Positions 38,701 to 51,272 of a DNA stretch of 64,000 bases are shown piece by piece (position 1 is the stretch's first letter; each line of letters starts with the position of its first letter). The notes beneath the pieces are model-generated. The model had not been told where the DNA came from, did no database searches, and was given only the letters and a program-made list of their open reading frames with translations. Source of the DNA: Phoronis australis (lineage: Eukaryota; Animalia; Phoronida); contig NMRA01000195.1 in NCBI GenBank assembly GCA_002633005.1, positions 599,628-663,627 on the forward strand, written 5' to 3'. The position numbers were made by a program, and so were the translations under genes.

Positions 38701-41700
38701 TTGCAAATTTCATAGTGTGTTTTTAGAAAGTTTTTCTTACTCATTCTGTTGGTCTTCAACTGCACTTTTGGCTGTTGTATTCAAAATTTCTTTTTTATGT
38801 ATAGCATATCAACCAAGTGTTTAAAGAAATCCAATATTTTGAGTTTTCAGAGGCTTACTACACTGTTGGTACTAGCTACGCCATACAAGCCATGCAGAAA
38901 GCAACTTAAAATTTACTGAAAATTATTTTGGTGAGAAATTTGACGTTTCCTATATTGAAGAATTTTTGCATAGGATTGTTATTTTCATAGTCTATTATGA
39001 GTTGTTACAAATGTGCTCTATCTGTCCTGTTTAGTCGTGTGCAGCGGCCGATATCTAACCTTCCATCATCCAGCAGAAGGCGAGTGGCCAGGTCATCCAG
39101 TGCCAGCACCAGCCACTCTGTGAAAGGTCAGCTTACCCTGGTGGTCATTTAATATCTTTTTACTGCTGTTACAAGTTATCGTGATAAACCTTTTTCAATT
39201 TCACACTACATTGTGAAATGCTCAAAATGCTACCATGATGACAGTTTTACCAGACAGAGTGTGTTCCAACCCAGCTGAAAGCAGTTCAAGGCAAACGTAT
39301 TATAAGTCCCGTTTAGACATCAACTTTTGGCCCGGCGCAACTGAAACTAAGCAAATTTACGTGTGTAAACCAGCCATTTACACACACAACTCACTAACCG
39401 TGGCAAGACGGAAATTAAAGGCTGGAGAGACTGGATCGCACATGGGCAGGTTTACAGGTGACGAAAGTTGCAGAGACAAATAACCCGTACGTAGGTCATT
39501 AGGCAATTGCGCAGTGGAGATGATCCTTTCCACCTTGCCCCAGTTTTCCGTTTAGACATATAATTGACACGGAGCAAGATGTTCAGGTGCAAATTGCTCT
39601 ACCTCACAAACGGGTGGGAAAATTTGTCACCGTGGTGTCAATTTGCTCCGTGTCAGTCCCGTTTACACTCTGGAACAACTCGTTTGGTGTCCGCTTATCT
39701 GTGTCAACTTTTGAAGTGTAAACCACACTATAGTGTCTTGTATAAGAACTAGAAAGCCACAAGATTTCCGAGCATAGAATTTGGTGTGTGTATGTTTCTT
39801 GTGCGCCAGATGACCATTTCAGACACATCAGGTGTATCAAATGTTACATTCTCTAGGATTCTAAGACTATCTTTTTGGTATGAAAATCCCATGTCACAAA
39901 TGTACTGTTTATGCCATATACCATTTGTATTGTGACATGTCACAACTGAAAAAATCTCACATGGAACATTCAAATGTCTCATGTGAGAATGGAATGTTCC
40001 ATGTGAGAAATGTCATTTGTCACATGGAACGTGAGGTTTTGAAAGTTAATTACAGCTAATAAAAACTTATTTTGGTAAAGTAAATATTGAAATGAAATCA
40101 CAACTAATGAAGCTGTTTATTGCACCCACTTTCAATTCAATTGAGCAAAAAATTTTGAGACTGAAAATCTCATATTATTTTGGAATGCATTAGATGTACT
40201 GTTTACAGTACCAGTTTTCATATTGAATATTTATAATACAGATGGTAGAGGTTCACTAGTCAACATTGTGATGGACTCGCCTCATGCCAGCTCCATACCC
40301 AAGCAAGCGGCAGTTAGCGCCGCCTATTGCTGGGGTCGTGGAGTTCACCAACCCACCAAACTGCTGCTGCCCTCTAGTGATACAGTTGTGAATGAAGTGT
40401 CAATGGGCCCTACTCAGCGAGCAGCAGTTACAAAGAATGGCCGGTTGTTTGTTTGGGAGGTAAGAATCAATACACTATTCAGAGGGCATTGCCTAAAACT
40501 TTGTTTAGTACACAAGTGTTGTCTGCTTCCCGTTTTCAGACAATAAGCTTTCTCATAGAGCTGTTACAAATGATAATTTTAAAGTTGAACATGTTTTAAC
40601 ATTGTGTTCAATACGATAATCTCTGGCAATTCTCATGTCATTGCAGAAAGTTATGTTAGAAAGACATAGTTTGATTACAATGTGCACTGTGACTATTGTC
40701 AACTAAAAGTAACTATGTATTTTCCTAGACATACAGAAAAACTTGCTTGAGTAGGACATGCACAAGTCAGAATTTCACTTAACTCTGACAAAGTTCTGTG
40801 TTCTATTTGTTTTAAGTTAGTTCAAGTGAGTTTCACGGTACCAGCATATCAACACGTAATCTCAGATGATAAAACATCTGCTACTAAGTGAGAAGGATGG
40901 GCTAAAGCTTTTGAGCAAGGCATTCATTTGTGAGGAGGACATGTCTGCCGAATATGAAGCTAAGGGAGATAATGACGAAAGTTGGGCTACAGTGCTAAAC
41001 AAATTTCAATACCTTTCTCATTTTGGTTTACGATATGATATTTATTCCCATTTAACTGCTTTGTTGAATTTTGTTCTAGACTCCTGCCGTAGGATCAGAC
41101 AGTGCAATACCAGGATCTGTTGATGGGGGTCAGCAAGCCTTCATCCCCCGCTTTCTGGAAGGTCAAGCAGCGGTCACTATTCAACATGTGGCCTGTGGTC
41201 ATTTGTTCACGGCCTGTCTTACTGGTGAGCTTTCAGTAGCAAATTGTCCTGTCATTTGTAATGGTGTGGTCTTGTGAAAATCGTTAAAATGTCTTTCCTA
41301 CAAAGGAAACATTTTTCTCTGTGTGTGGAACTGTGACATTTAGTAGATTGAGAATTAATGACTCGATGCTTGCCTCAATGATTTGGCATCATCTTTATGT
41401 GTGTTTGTGCGTATGAATTTTTTTAACAGATTTAATGCTCATTTTTGAAATTATTAATGAAAACCTGTAATTTATAACAAATAGCGAATGTTGACTCTCC
41501 TGTACACAGTCAGGAACTTGGTGTTAAAACTTGGCTCATTTCCAGATAGGGGAATACTGATGACATTTGGAAGTGGCGCCACAGGGTGTCTGGGCCATGG
41601 CAATTACAATGACATCACTCAGGTAAGATATCCATTCATACAGGGAAGATATCTATGAAAGACATGTTCATGGTGGTTAGTAAGGTGATGTCAAACAAAA

Positions 41701-44700
41701 TCAGTCACCAATTTGTCATTTTCCATCTTTGAAAGTTTGATTTATTGTTAAAGATAACCAGAACTTGGGTTGCTGAGATGGGAGAGGAAGACTATAATTT
41801 ATAGAATATACAGTTTCATTATTTTTTAAATTGAACAATCTTTACTATCATTGGGTTTAGAAAAATAACATTTAGGTATACTTTAGACAATGCTTTTTGC
41901 AAATGTCACGCAATAAAAGAACACTTCTGAATCATTGTCCGTCAGATTTGCTTGTAAAATTTCTGAAAACGTTATTGTCAAAATATTACAACGATGGTTC
42001 CTGATTTCCAGGCAAAAATAGTTGAAGACCTTCTGGGGTATGAAGTCATTGAGGTGTCATGTGGTACGTCACATGTTTTGGCTGTGACCAATGAACATGA
42101 AGTGTTTTCTTGGGGTAGGGGAGATAATGGTAAGTTTCATGTTCTTTCGATGTAACAGTTGGCTGATGTGGAAACTGAACATCAAGATTTAGGTATTCTT
42201 GCCAGTATTAAAAGCATCTACTTTTGTTTAATAGCACAAACTTGCATCTTGAAATAAATTGCTAACAAGGTTTTTGTTTCTCAAGAATATGTGTGGTGTT
42301 GAAATGATAGTAAAATAATCTCTCGTTAACCCAGTTATTGGTGTTGTTAAAAACATCTCACAATGTGAATAATAAATTATATACTTGTTGGTGCGAGTGA
42401 GCACTACTGTTTCTGTAGCTAGTCTGCTGGCCTCTCATCTTCCATGATGTCCCACTTCAGGGCGACTTGGCCATGGAGACCAGGAGTCTCTGTGTAGTCC
42501 TAAGCTGGTGGCGCTACCTGCTGGCTTCCAGCCGTGTTCTGTCTACTGTGGTGTTGACTGTTCTATGGTTCTGACAAGTGAAGGCCGACTGTTCTGCTGT
42601 GGTAGTAACAGGTGAGCCTTTGTATATATGATAATGTTGACTGAGTTACTATCAACGTCACAAGTTGGGCTGTCTTGGCGGTAAATGATCATACGAGTTG
42701 TAGTTGGCTATTGTTGTTTGCTTTCAGTGCTTCTAAACACCCGTGATCACATTAGTATTATCTTTATCCATTGTATATTTTCCATGATAGCACATACACT
42801 TGTGTTGCTGTATAAGCATAAATATCAAAATAATATAATAGCGTAGTAGTTCAGCTTAATCTTTTGATAACTCTTTTGAAGTCTCAAAGTGCTTGTATGT
42901 AGCCCGATTTGACTATATTCAAAATGAATTTTCTTTTCAAATTATACTCATTTCCTTTACGTATATTAGGTCGATGTTGCTTATTGGTGCAGGTGGGTGT
43001 CCTTTGTACAGTGGCATATCCTCTCTGGACATAAACAGATAGACTTGCCAATGTGAAGCCCTTTTACATGCCTTTCTTTGATAGCATGTTCTCTATTAGT
43101 CATATTAGGCCCAGTTTTGAACTTTATGTAACCAGGTAGTGTATACCTTGTACATGGTAGTGACAGGTAATGTCCAGTTCAATGACTCAATGACTGTGTC
43201 ATGAAAAAACGTTACTTTGGTTTTAAGGTTTCCATTTTGTTAAGATGAATAAAACGTCTAGTGCATAATTGATTAAACCAAACTGATGGTGTTCAATGTG
43301 TTAAAGTTTCGAAGGAAAATTTTGATTTTCATGACAAACTGTTTTTTAAAGCTCATTTTGCCCTATTTAACTGGCTTAAAAACAAATGGAATAAAATTAA
43401 GCAGTTTACTTTAAATTGTTCTCCTATCAGCCTTACTGTGTTAGGATGCTATTTCCTTTACCAACAAGAACATCGCGACCATCAAGGACTCAAGAAACAA
43501 TTAGAATTTATTTGGGTTGTGAATTTGAAAATATTATAATTATGTATGCATTGCCTGTCACTTGAGCTGTCCTTTGGGTAAGAATTCAATATTGACAGCT
43601 GATGAGCAGTGAAATACAACTTTAACTTTCCTAGTGAGAATGCCAACAGTTTTCAAACTAAGTTGGGGGTGATGTGTCAACCTTGAGTCTGGTTGCTGAG
43701 CATATGGCAAAAATGCTTCAATTTGTTACAAAATAATTGTTTGTCTGAATGTTATATTTCTATTTTTCAGCGGCTTTCCACATTGCTTCAAATGTTGTTT
43801 GGTAATAGCTACACCATGCCAATCTTGCTAAAAGCAAAGTGAATTTTCCTGAGAAGTTATTTTTGTTGAGAAATTTGACAAAGTGAAATTTGACTTGTCC
43901 GCCAGGTTGTGTCCCAAAATGAAGAATTTATTAAGCGTAATATTTAATCGGAGGAGTGTGTGCCAATATCTGTAGCATCACTTTCATGAATGGTGTCACA
44001 TAATAAATGGTTCACCTATAGAATTCTTGATATAGGCATTACTTTAAATATAGGCACATGGCTTAAATACATGCATATGTGCACATATACAGTACTCCAG
44101 GCAGACTGCTTTTATAGTGCTTGGTTGTCTAATTCAAAATTCTATGTTTTTAGTAAATGTTGTAAATAAGCAAGGGCAGGTGTTCATAGTCCCCTTATTT
44201 AGAGCCATTGTAACTTGATGAGTCTGGTTGCATGCAATAACAAACCGTCAGTTCTTTCCAAACTAGGACATTTCTCATCTGAGTATTAAGTATTAAGTTG
44301 AGGCCAATTTTGTAATAGTAACCTGTTGAAAGTATAGGTTTGTTTCTGAGATGGAATGTGCATTTGTAGCAACTTCTTATAGGTCTTCGTTTCAAATCAT
44401 AGAATGATCATCTAGATCACTAGATAATGCTGTATTTAAAAGTATATTCAAGACACTCAAGTGGTAATACAAGTTAAATAAAGTGCACTAGTCTTACACA
44501 GGCACACACATGCACGTGCACGTGTGAGGCCGCGCACACACACATGCATCCATTTGCACATACACTTACGCATACCACAGGACTAAAGACAAATAATTAA
44601 TTCTCTAAAATTATTTACACCATTGGTGATTATCTATCTGAAATACAATGTGGTGTAAACCACCAGGTGATCAACTACAAATACAAGAGGGTTTGTAATG

Positions 44701-47475
44701 TTTCTTACAGGTTCAACAAGTTGGCCCTGAATGAACAGGAAGTGAAGGCAGCCTTAGACGATGTCTGGTCATTCACTATGGTCACTTTACCGCCTCTAGG
44801 GGGCCTTACAATCTCATCAGTTGCCTTGGGAACGTCGCATTCTGCAGTTATAACAGGTTTAGTATTCTTGTCATCAAATTATTTAAAGGTTGCGAAAGTG
44901 AGATCTGCTTTATATTTAAACTTAATATGGCTATGAAACCGGCTTGCATCACAAAAATCAACTGGATCCAAAACGTCAAAATAACCTTGTACTAAACATG
45001 AGAGTAAGCCTGGTTTCTGCTAAAAAAACTATTTTAGGCAACTCGCCCTCAAATGAGAACATCAGATGGTGATCTATCAAGGTTACTTAATACCTGCCGT
45101 GATTTTGCTTCTTTCAGAAAATGGGGATCTGTACACATTTGGAAACAATCAGTCTGGGCAGCTAGGCTACACCACTAAAGTAGGTCACCGCTGTCCCTCT
45201 CATCCTGTCATGCCAAGTGTTTCACGCGTTGCTTGTGGTGATGCATTTACAGTGGCTGTCACTACAGGTGAGTTTCCTGTCATTGTTACCAGGTAGAGCA
45301 TTGGGATCTTCTGCAGTGCCATGTACCATGACAGTACTACTGTACACGCCAAAAATAATCAACAAATTAATTATTCCATTTCCGTGTCATAGTGAGTATT
45401 CATGGTACATTGTGATTCATTGTGACTCCAATTTCTTAGACAGCAACTTTTGTCTGTACCCAGCTGTCATGATGGGTGCTCACTCGACATGACTGGGAAT
45501 TTCAGGTCTTTTTGTCTGATTATTTTTTGCGTGAAATTTTTGTTCTCTCAAGTTGGAACAATTGTACTACATTTCTTGAGTTTGATGATTAGGACTTTTA
45601 ACACATTTTAATTTCAACCTGGAGAGGCATGTTTAACTTAGTTTATGACCTATTGCACCACCATTGGGAGTTAAAGCCATGTATAACATGCTCTTTATAA
45701 GCCTTAAGTATATTTTAATGTCTATATTGTATTGAGGTCTAATTATACTTTACAAGTGGATGTAATATTTTCGACATGCACAGCTAGGCCACACCCACCA
45801 TAGTTACCATTGCTAACCCCCCCTCCAAGAACAAAGCCAACATGATGGATGTCCCCTGCATACGTATTCCAACAACAGATTCTTTTCATTTTGTTCCCAA
45901 TAATATTTCTTTGAAACTGTTTCCATTATGGAGCCACACAAACAATCACACAGGGCCACACAGTCATATATCCACCATTCAAGTCTTTGAGCATATTCAT
46001 AGTTTACTAACCAATTATCATGGAGTGGGCTTCATTCAGATATCAATTTTATTTTGTAAAATTCTTCTAAAAGAGCACAGATTAAAAAAATTGTTAGTGT
46101 GCTATGAGCTTTGTTTGCATCCTGTAAATGTCATTAAGCAATACTTAGTAAAGCTCCCATTATATACAACAAGATTGCCAGCCTTTGAACAATGGAAAAA
46201 TTACAATTTTCACATATTAATGAAAGAAGGGGATAATTACTGTATTTACCATGATTGTTTCACACTGTGACCTTCATTCACATGGGATACTGGTAAAGAA
46301 AACGTTATTTTGTGGCATATTCGTAATGTCAATCACTTGTTCGGTCTGATGTATATAGCTGGCCATACCTTTGTCTGATCGTGAGAACTATCACACGATT
46401 TTATATCCCCCGAGCACTTTTCATTTGTTCTTCGTTAATTGTTGATTGCTGCAAGTGTCCTAACCTCAACGAAAACCCATCTTTCTACTCTTGTTAGCAA
46501 TAAATGTTCGTGGGCCATTCTTAGTGTTAGCATTTTGTCCCGTCCTGACTGGCGAGAAATAATAGGTCGATTGATGTGTCGGAACCATCCGTTCAGGGTA
46601 ACAATGGCGAATCAAGCCCCTGAAGCCATTTTTAATTAATGCTTGTTGTTGTTCAGTGTAATCTTGTCAAGTTAGGAATTCTATAATGTCCTACAAATGA
46701 GTTAATGCCTGAATTCATGGTTTATAAAAATGTCCCAGTGTATGTGTCTACAATTTCAGCTTTAACTAACATTTAAGTAACATCTTTTTCATCTTTCCAA
46801 TCATTGTCGATAGTTTTAATTGTTTTCCTGTAGATAACTCCATTTACTCATGGGGCAAAGCTGCACGGGGTCGCCTGGGTAGAGTTGAAGGAAATGGTCA
46901 GGGGCCACAGAGGGTAGTCTTTGAAAATGAGGAGCCCTTCACAGTTGTGTCGCTGTCATGCTGCCATGGGAACACTCTTTTAGCAACTAAACGTAAGTTC
47001 GCTACTTTCCTGGAAGTTACTTTAAAGTTTACACATTGTGCAGTTATTTGTTACCTTTGATAACTGAAAAATGTTCCCTTGATAAAATGGAAAGACATTT
47101 GAATTTACCAAGTGTTGCAGTTTAAATGAAAGTTGATTTTGGAAATAGTCTATTAAACAGTATTACATTATTATGCAAATTTTGGCTTGCTTAATGTTGC
47201 ACATTACTTGATATTTATGTTCATAAATTTACAGTAATTTGTAAAAAATGTCCATCTCGTTTTGGAAAATATCTGCTTATTTACCTGTGATTTAGTCTTG
47301 CCGTTTGCCGAGTTTCTGTCTGAATTACTGCTGTTGAATTTCAGTGAAATTCAACAGCTTTAATTTTGAAACTGCTGTTGTCACAGTAAGTCTCAGTTTC
47401 ATAATTTGTTGACAGATTGTATTAACTGTTTTTTTTTTAGCTCTGCTTGCTGAAGTTGCAGGATCAATGAGTTAA
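29721..47475 (+). CDS. NEK8: Serine/threonine kinase NEK8 (NIMA kinase + RCC1 repeats), multi-exon; first coding exon not found
   Basis: Exons with GT-AG boundaries and consistent phases: 29721-29982, 30669-30845, 32999-33048, 37236-37317, 38171-38379, 39035-39126, 40242-40459, 41080-41224, 41546-41622, 42012-42129, 42461-42611, 44711-44856, 45118-45267, 46834-46992, 47441-47475 (TAA). Motifs: '[15 protein letters not shown]', '[13 protein letters not shown]', '[11 protein letters not shown]', '[44 protein letters not shown]', then RCC1 repeats ('[13 protein letters not shown]', 'WGRGDNGRLG'). Confidence 0.93.
31117..32068 (-). mobile_element. 5'-truncated L2/Crack-type LINE in NEK8 intron
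   Basis: RT '[21 protein letters not shown]...YADDT...KYL'; 3' stem-loop AGGGCCCTCTTGGAAAGCAG...CTGAAGAGGCCACCCT; (TAAA)n tail at ~31120-31146. Confidence 0.85.
33631..37178. mobile_element. PIF/Harbinger-type TIR element (TAA TSD) with nested insertions
   Basis: TIR GGGCTGTT(C/T)CAGCAAAATC(T/C)GT(G/A)TGGGAGGG at both ends; TAA at 33628-30 and 37179-81. Confidence 0.8.
34820..36985 (-). mobile_element. HERO-like (R2 group, restriction-like endonuclease) non-LTR retrotransposon, 5'-truncated and disrupted
   Basis: 'SGCLEH...VVWLDLENA', 'RAFVDNLTV', 'VKYLGK', CCHC 'CSCCG...HVLSSC', 'RHNTVL', REL motif 'LRPDIILWS...VELTVPWE...KALKY', 'PVEVGAKGF'. Confidence 0.85.
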
Positions 47476-50400
47476 GTGACAGTTGTAAAATACAGACGTT
47501 GATAGGGAGAATTGTGCAATAACGGGTTCTCTACCAGGTGTCTACAGGTGTACATCAACCCTCTCATGTACAGCCCGAGACAGGTGTATTCGCCTGCACA
47601 TACACCTGGAATGTGAAGACTGAATAGTTGATGTCACGGTTACCCGTTTGTGAAAATTGGGAAAAAGTAAAATAGCTCAACAATTTGTTGAGTATATTTT
47701 TGTAGTGTGCAAAGTAGACGACTATTTGCATGAAAGCTTTGTCTGTGATTAAGATGATAGTGCCTACTTGTGTCCATGTTTGTGATACAGACTTTGACTT
47801 GTTTGACATGTAGTCTGTGTACACCATTTCCAAGGTAGCTTTACTAATATCTGCTTTTCCCCTCTAATCACGTTTTTGACACAAGATAACACTATTCAGT
47901 AGAAATGTTGATTTTTTGTTTCAGTATCTGCAGAAGGGCAAAACTCTTTGTAAGGTCACTTCAAATCTATCCTGTAGCTGGGGAGCAAATCTCATCATTG
48001 TTATTATGCAATTATAGGTGATGTACTTCAAATGATGTTCCTTAATATTAAGTGGTGAATGTTCAATCACAAGCTGTCGTGCCTGTTTCATGCAAATTCT
48101 GTTATGATTTGGGACAACCCGAGCTGAAAGCAGTCATTTTATTAGTATAAGATTGTGCTGTATGTTTTGCGTAAAAACTTTATGTAACAAATAGTCGAGC
48201 TCATAGTAAGTGTAATGTACTTCTGGTAAAGAAGCTGAATTGCTTGCACATTTATTTTGCCTTTGTCGCAATGTGAAAGTGTTCTGGGATAAATTAGTGA
48301 TGTTTTACAAGAAGTTAACTCAAAAATGAAGAATTGTCCTGAGATATGCAGTTTTATTTTGTTAACCATGAGAAATAATGAGATGATTAACTTAATATTA
48401 CTTTTAAGAAACTAAATTCACAACAGTTGTCTGAAATCAGTTTTAAAAAGGAACTAGAAATATATTACAAAATAGAAAAGTTTAGTAAAAAAGAAGAGAG
48501 TTTATGTCAGCAAAGGTGGTACTAGGTTTCTTTACATGGTAATTGCATTGTGTTCACTGTTGGTGAAAGAGAAAGTATGTTATCGGAATGTGTGTCAGTT
48601 ATGTATTGTTATGAAAAAAAATAGTTTACAGGACAAAACTGCACTTATTTCATGTCGGTTTTTTCTTTTCAATCAACTACAATCTGTTTGTGTTTCATCT
48701 ATAACTTCCTGTAAACACTCAGTCATTGCCGTCTGTTTTTGTAACACCACTGTAGCGGGACACTCCTGTCGGAGTTCTCACATGTGACAATGCCATCAAA
48801 ATGTGCTTAGTTATCTTGAAATCAGTTTTAGACGCATATTATTTGCTTTGAACCATTGTATTTTTTTAAATAAATTTATATTGCTAAAATACTATGTCGT
48901 CATTGCAGAAGTGTCCTTTCTGACTTCTCGTTAACGATCTGCAGCAACTGAAATGCAGTCCTACCATGAAAAGGTAAATTTTAGAGAATTTTTCACACAC
49001 CATAAATTTGTTTCAAAATGATCACAATTCAATTCAAAAATGATGAATGAGATTTACAGTCAAGACCATGCAATGGCAATTTTTTAAATTAAAAAAGAGC
49101 ACGTTTGCACACAACATCATCGAAGAACTATAGAGCATTGCACCAGAGACGTCCACTGATCATCATTCTGAAGAATCTCATTGTGAAGGGTTTCATATAT
49201 ACAAGACGGTCATAATTGGCCATAAGAAGAGTGCAGGTTGTCTGATGCCATTTGCTGTGGATCAGACGTGTGCAGGCCTCATGGTTGGGCTATTGCACTA
49301 AATAGTAAGTGCACCCAGGCTTAGAATCTCGTGAGATCTGCTCTTCCAAGATTGAGTGGCGTGCTCGTGAATAGTATTAGGACCTTTAGGTAGCATACTA
49401 AACTGCAGTCATGTAACCAACCGTTGATCTATGGCAATAGTGCAGAGGTCTTGGGGATAATTATGACATAATCACACAACCATATTGTCGACCACAGATA
49501 GAACATTTGGTATACCTAACAAGACTACGTGGCACTACCATCGAACTTGATAATAAAGAACAAGTGAAATAGCAAAATGCGTAGTAAAGGTAAATACTTT
49601 ATTTCTGTTTACTACAACAAGTAACAACACTAAGAACATAAAATTGGATAAATGAACTATACTTATCAAAAAGTACACTACAATAAGAAAACAAACATTT
49701 GATCTACCTAGCTCTTTGTTCTAAGGCTGCCTTAAACTAAACTCATGATCTACGGATGGATAAACATTTACTTTAAATATCTTTTAAAGTAGTTTTTATC
49801 TCTACTGGTAAAAAATACAACACTAGTCATGTTCAGGACAAGCTGCTCTATGTCATACAAGTGTACCAGTTGGCCTGTGTTACTAAACACAGTTTAGCAA
49901 AGAGTTTATGGTCCTGGCTGAGATGATAATTGTTTTATTAACTCCTAAGGGTTTTGAACAGCCAAGCGCGGAATGTGTTGAGAATCATTTGATGCTTATC
50001 TAGTTCTTAGAATCCAGGACCCTGTAACTGACTATACCTAAAATACTTTAGGCCACAAAACACCGGAAAGTCTAGGGAACTAACTTATGAACAATTACAT
50101 AACTTTTGGTTCACAAAGGTAGCTACCACAGAGGTCCTGTGGAGGAGTACAGGCCAAAGTAACAAAAAATTCCAATTCCCTGTCATGACGGGTAAAAATC
50201 AGCCACAATCTGTCTTTCTACTGTAGCTACTCTGATGGTAGATTCTGTTGCCACTCGGCCGCCATGAATGGGAATTCTGCTCACACTCAGCCCGGGATTT
50301 CCGAGTCATTTTGTCCGACTATTTTTGGCATCTAATGTGAAGTAAATGGTAAAATTTTCTGGAGCTTGGAATTTACTTCTACCTTTGGCAAGAAGACTAG

Positions 50401-50905
50401 TTGTATTGGTAAGTAAGTTCTCCATTTGAAAAAATGCCAAGAACGTTGATTGTTTTTGCACTAAAGCCATCTGCACATTGCCAAAGCAAGCCTTCACACG
50501 GTGTAGTTCTGTAAGTCAAGCTCTAATTATCATTTACTTAAAATTCAGAACACAATTTTGTTGTCAATAATTATAAATAACAATTTGTTCAAATTACACA
50601 GACTAAGTTTTTTAAGCATTAAATAAGAATTACATTTACATTGTATTTTTACCTCGTCAATTTAAAAAGCTTTGTCGCTATATTTGATAAACCGTCTAAA
50701 AACTTGAACGCTAAAAGAAAGCTATGATACCATGCATGAGAGGATGAATAAAGGAGGTCATTGAAAAACTTGGAGATATAAATCAAATTCACATGATTGT
50801 GTAAATTACAGAAAGAAAAAAGAACATTTAATAGTTTCTTAAAAAGAAAACATTGGAAAATTATTCAATCAGTCTGATCCTACATTTGCTCTTTATTTTT
50901 GTGTG

Positions 50906-51272
50906 GTCTTGGCTTGAAAAAGTAACGTGACGTATTCTTGGCTGTACTTTGAGTTGGAATTGTCCGATCTGCTTGCCAATTGCAAAAGTATGGCCTTGGT
51001 TTAGATATGAAATGTGGCAGTGTCTCGCCCATCTTGTGAGGCACAGCTGTCTGTCTACCTGTCAGTCACAGCATGGTATGTCTTGGCTTAGAAATGAGAT
51101 GAGGCGGAGTCTCAGTTGCATTAGAGGGCGGAGCTGTCTCATCTGTGTGTCAATCATATTATGATGCTGATACAACTGATGCAGGGGTCTGCAAATCATC
51201 TTTGCTCTGGTAAGAAATGAAGCGCAGCCTCAACTGTAGTTGGGGGCGGAGCTTTCTGATGTGCTTGTCAAT
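50906..51272 (-). repeat. Four tandem diverged ~75 bp copies of the MED23 C-terminal coding motif (1 coding + 3 after the stop)
   Basis: Copies at 51272-51198 (IDKHIRKLRPQLQLRLRFISYQSKD), 51154-51080, 51066-50993 and 50980-50906. Confidence 0.85.

Noticed and set aside
39300-39731. Possible Harbinger-like MITE with GTTTA(G/C)AC motifs
   Set aside because: Ends too degenerate to define TIR/TSD confidently.
45842-46270. 142-aa ORF in NEK8 intron
   Set aside because: No recognisable motif; flanking NEK8 exons join in phase without it.
50949-51164. Plus-strand Cys-rich 71-aa ORF
   Set aside because: Antisense reading of the MED23 C-terminal repeat copies.
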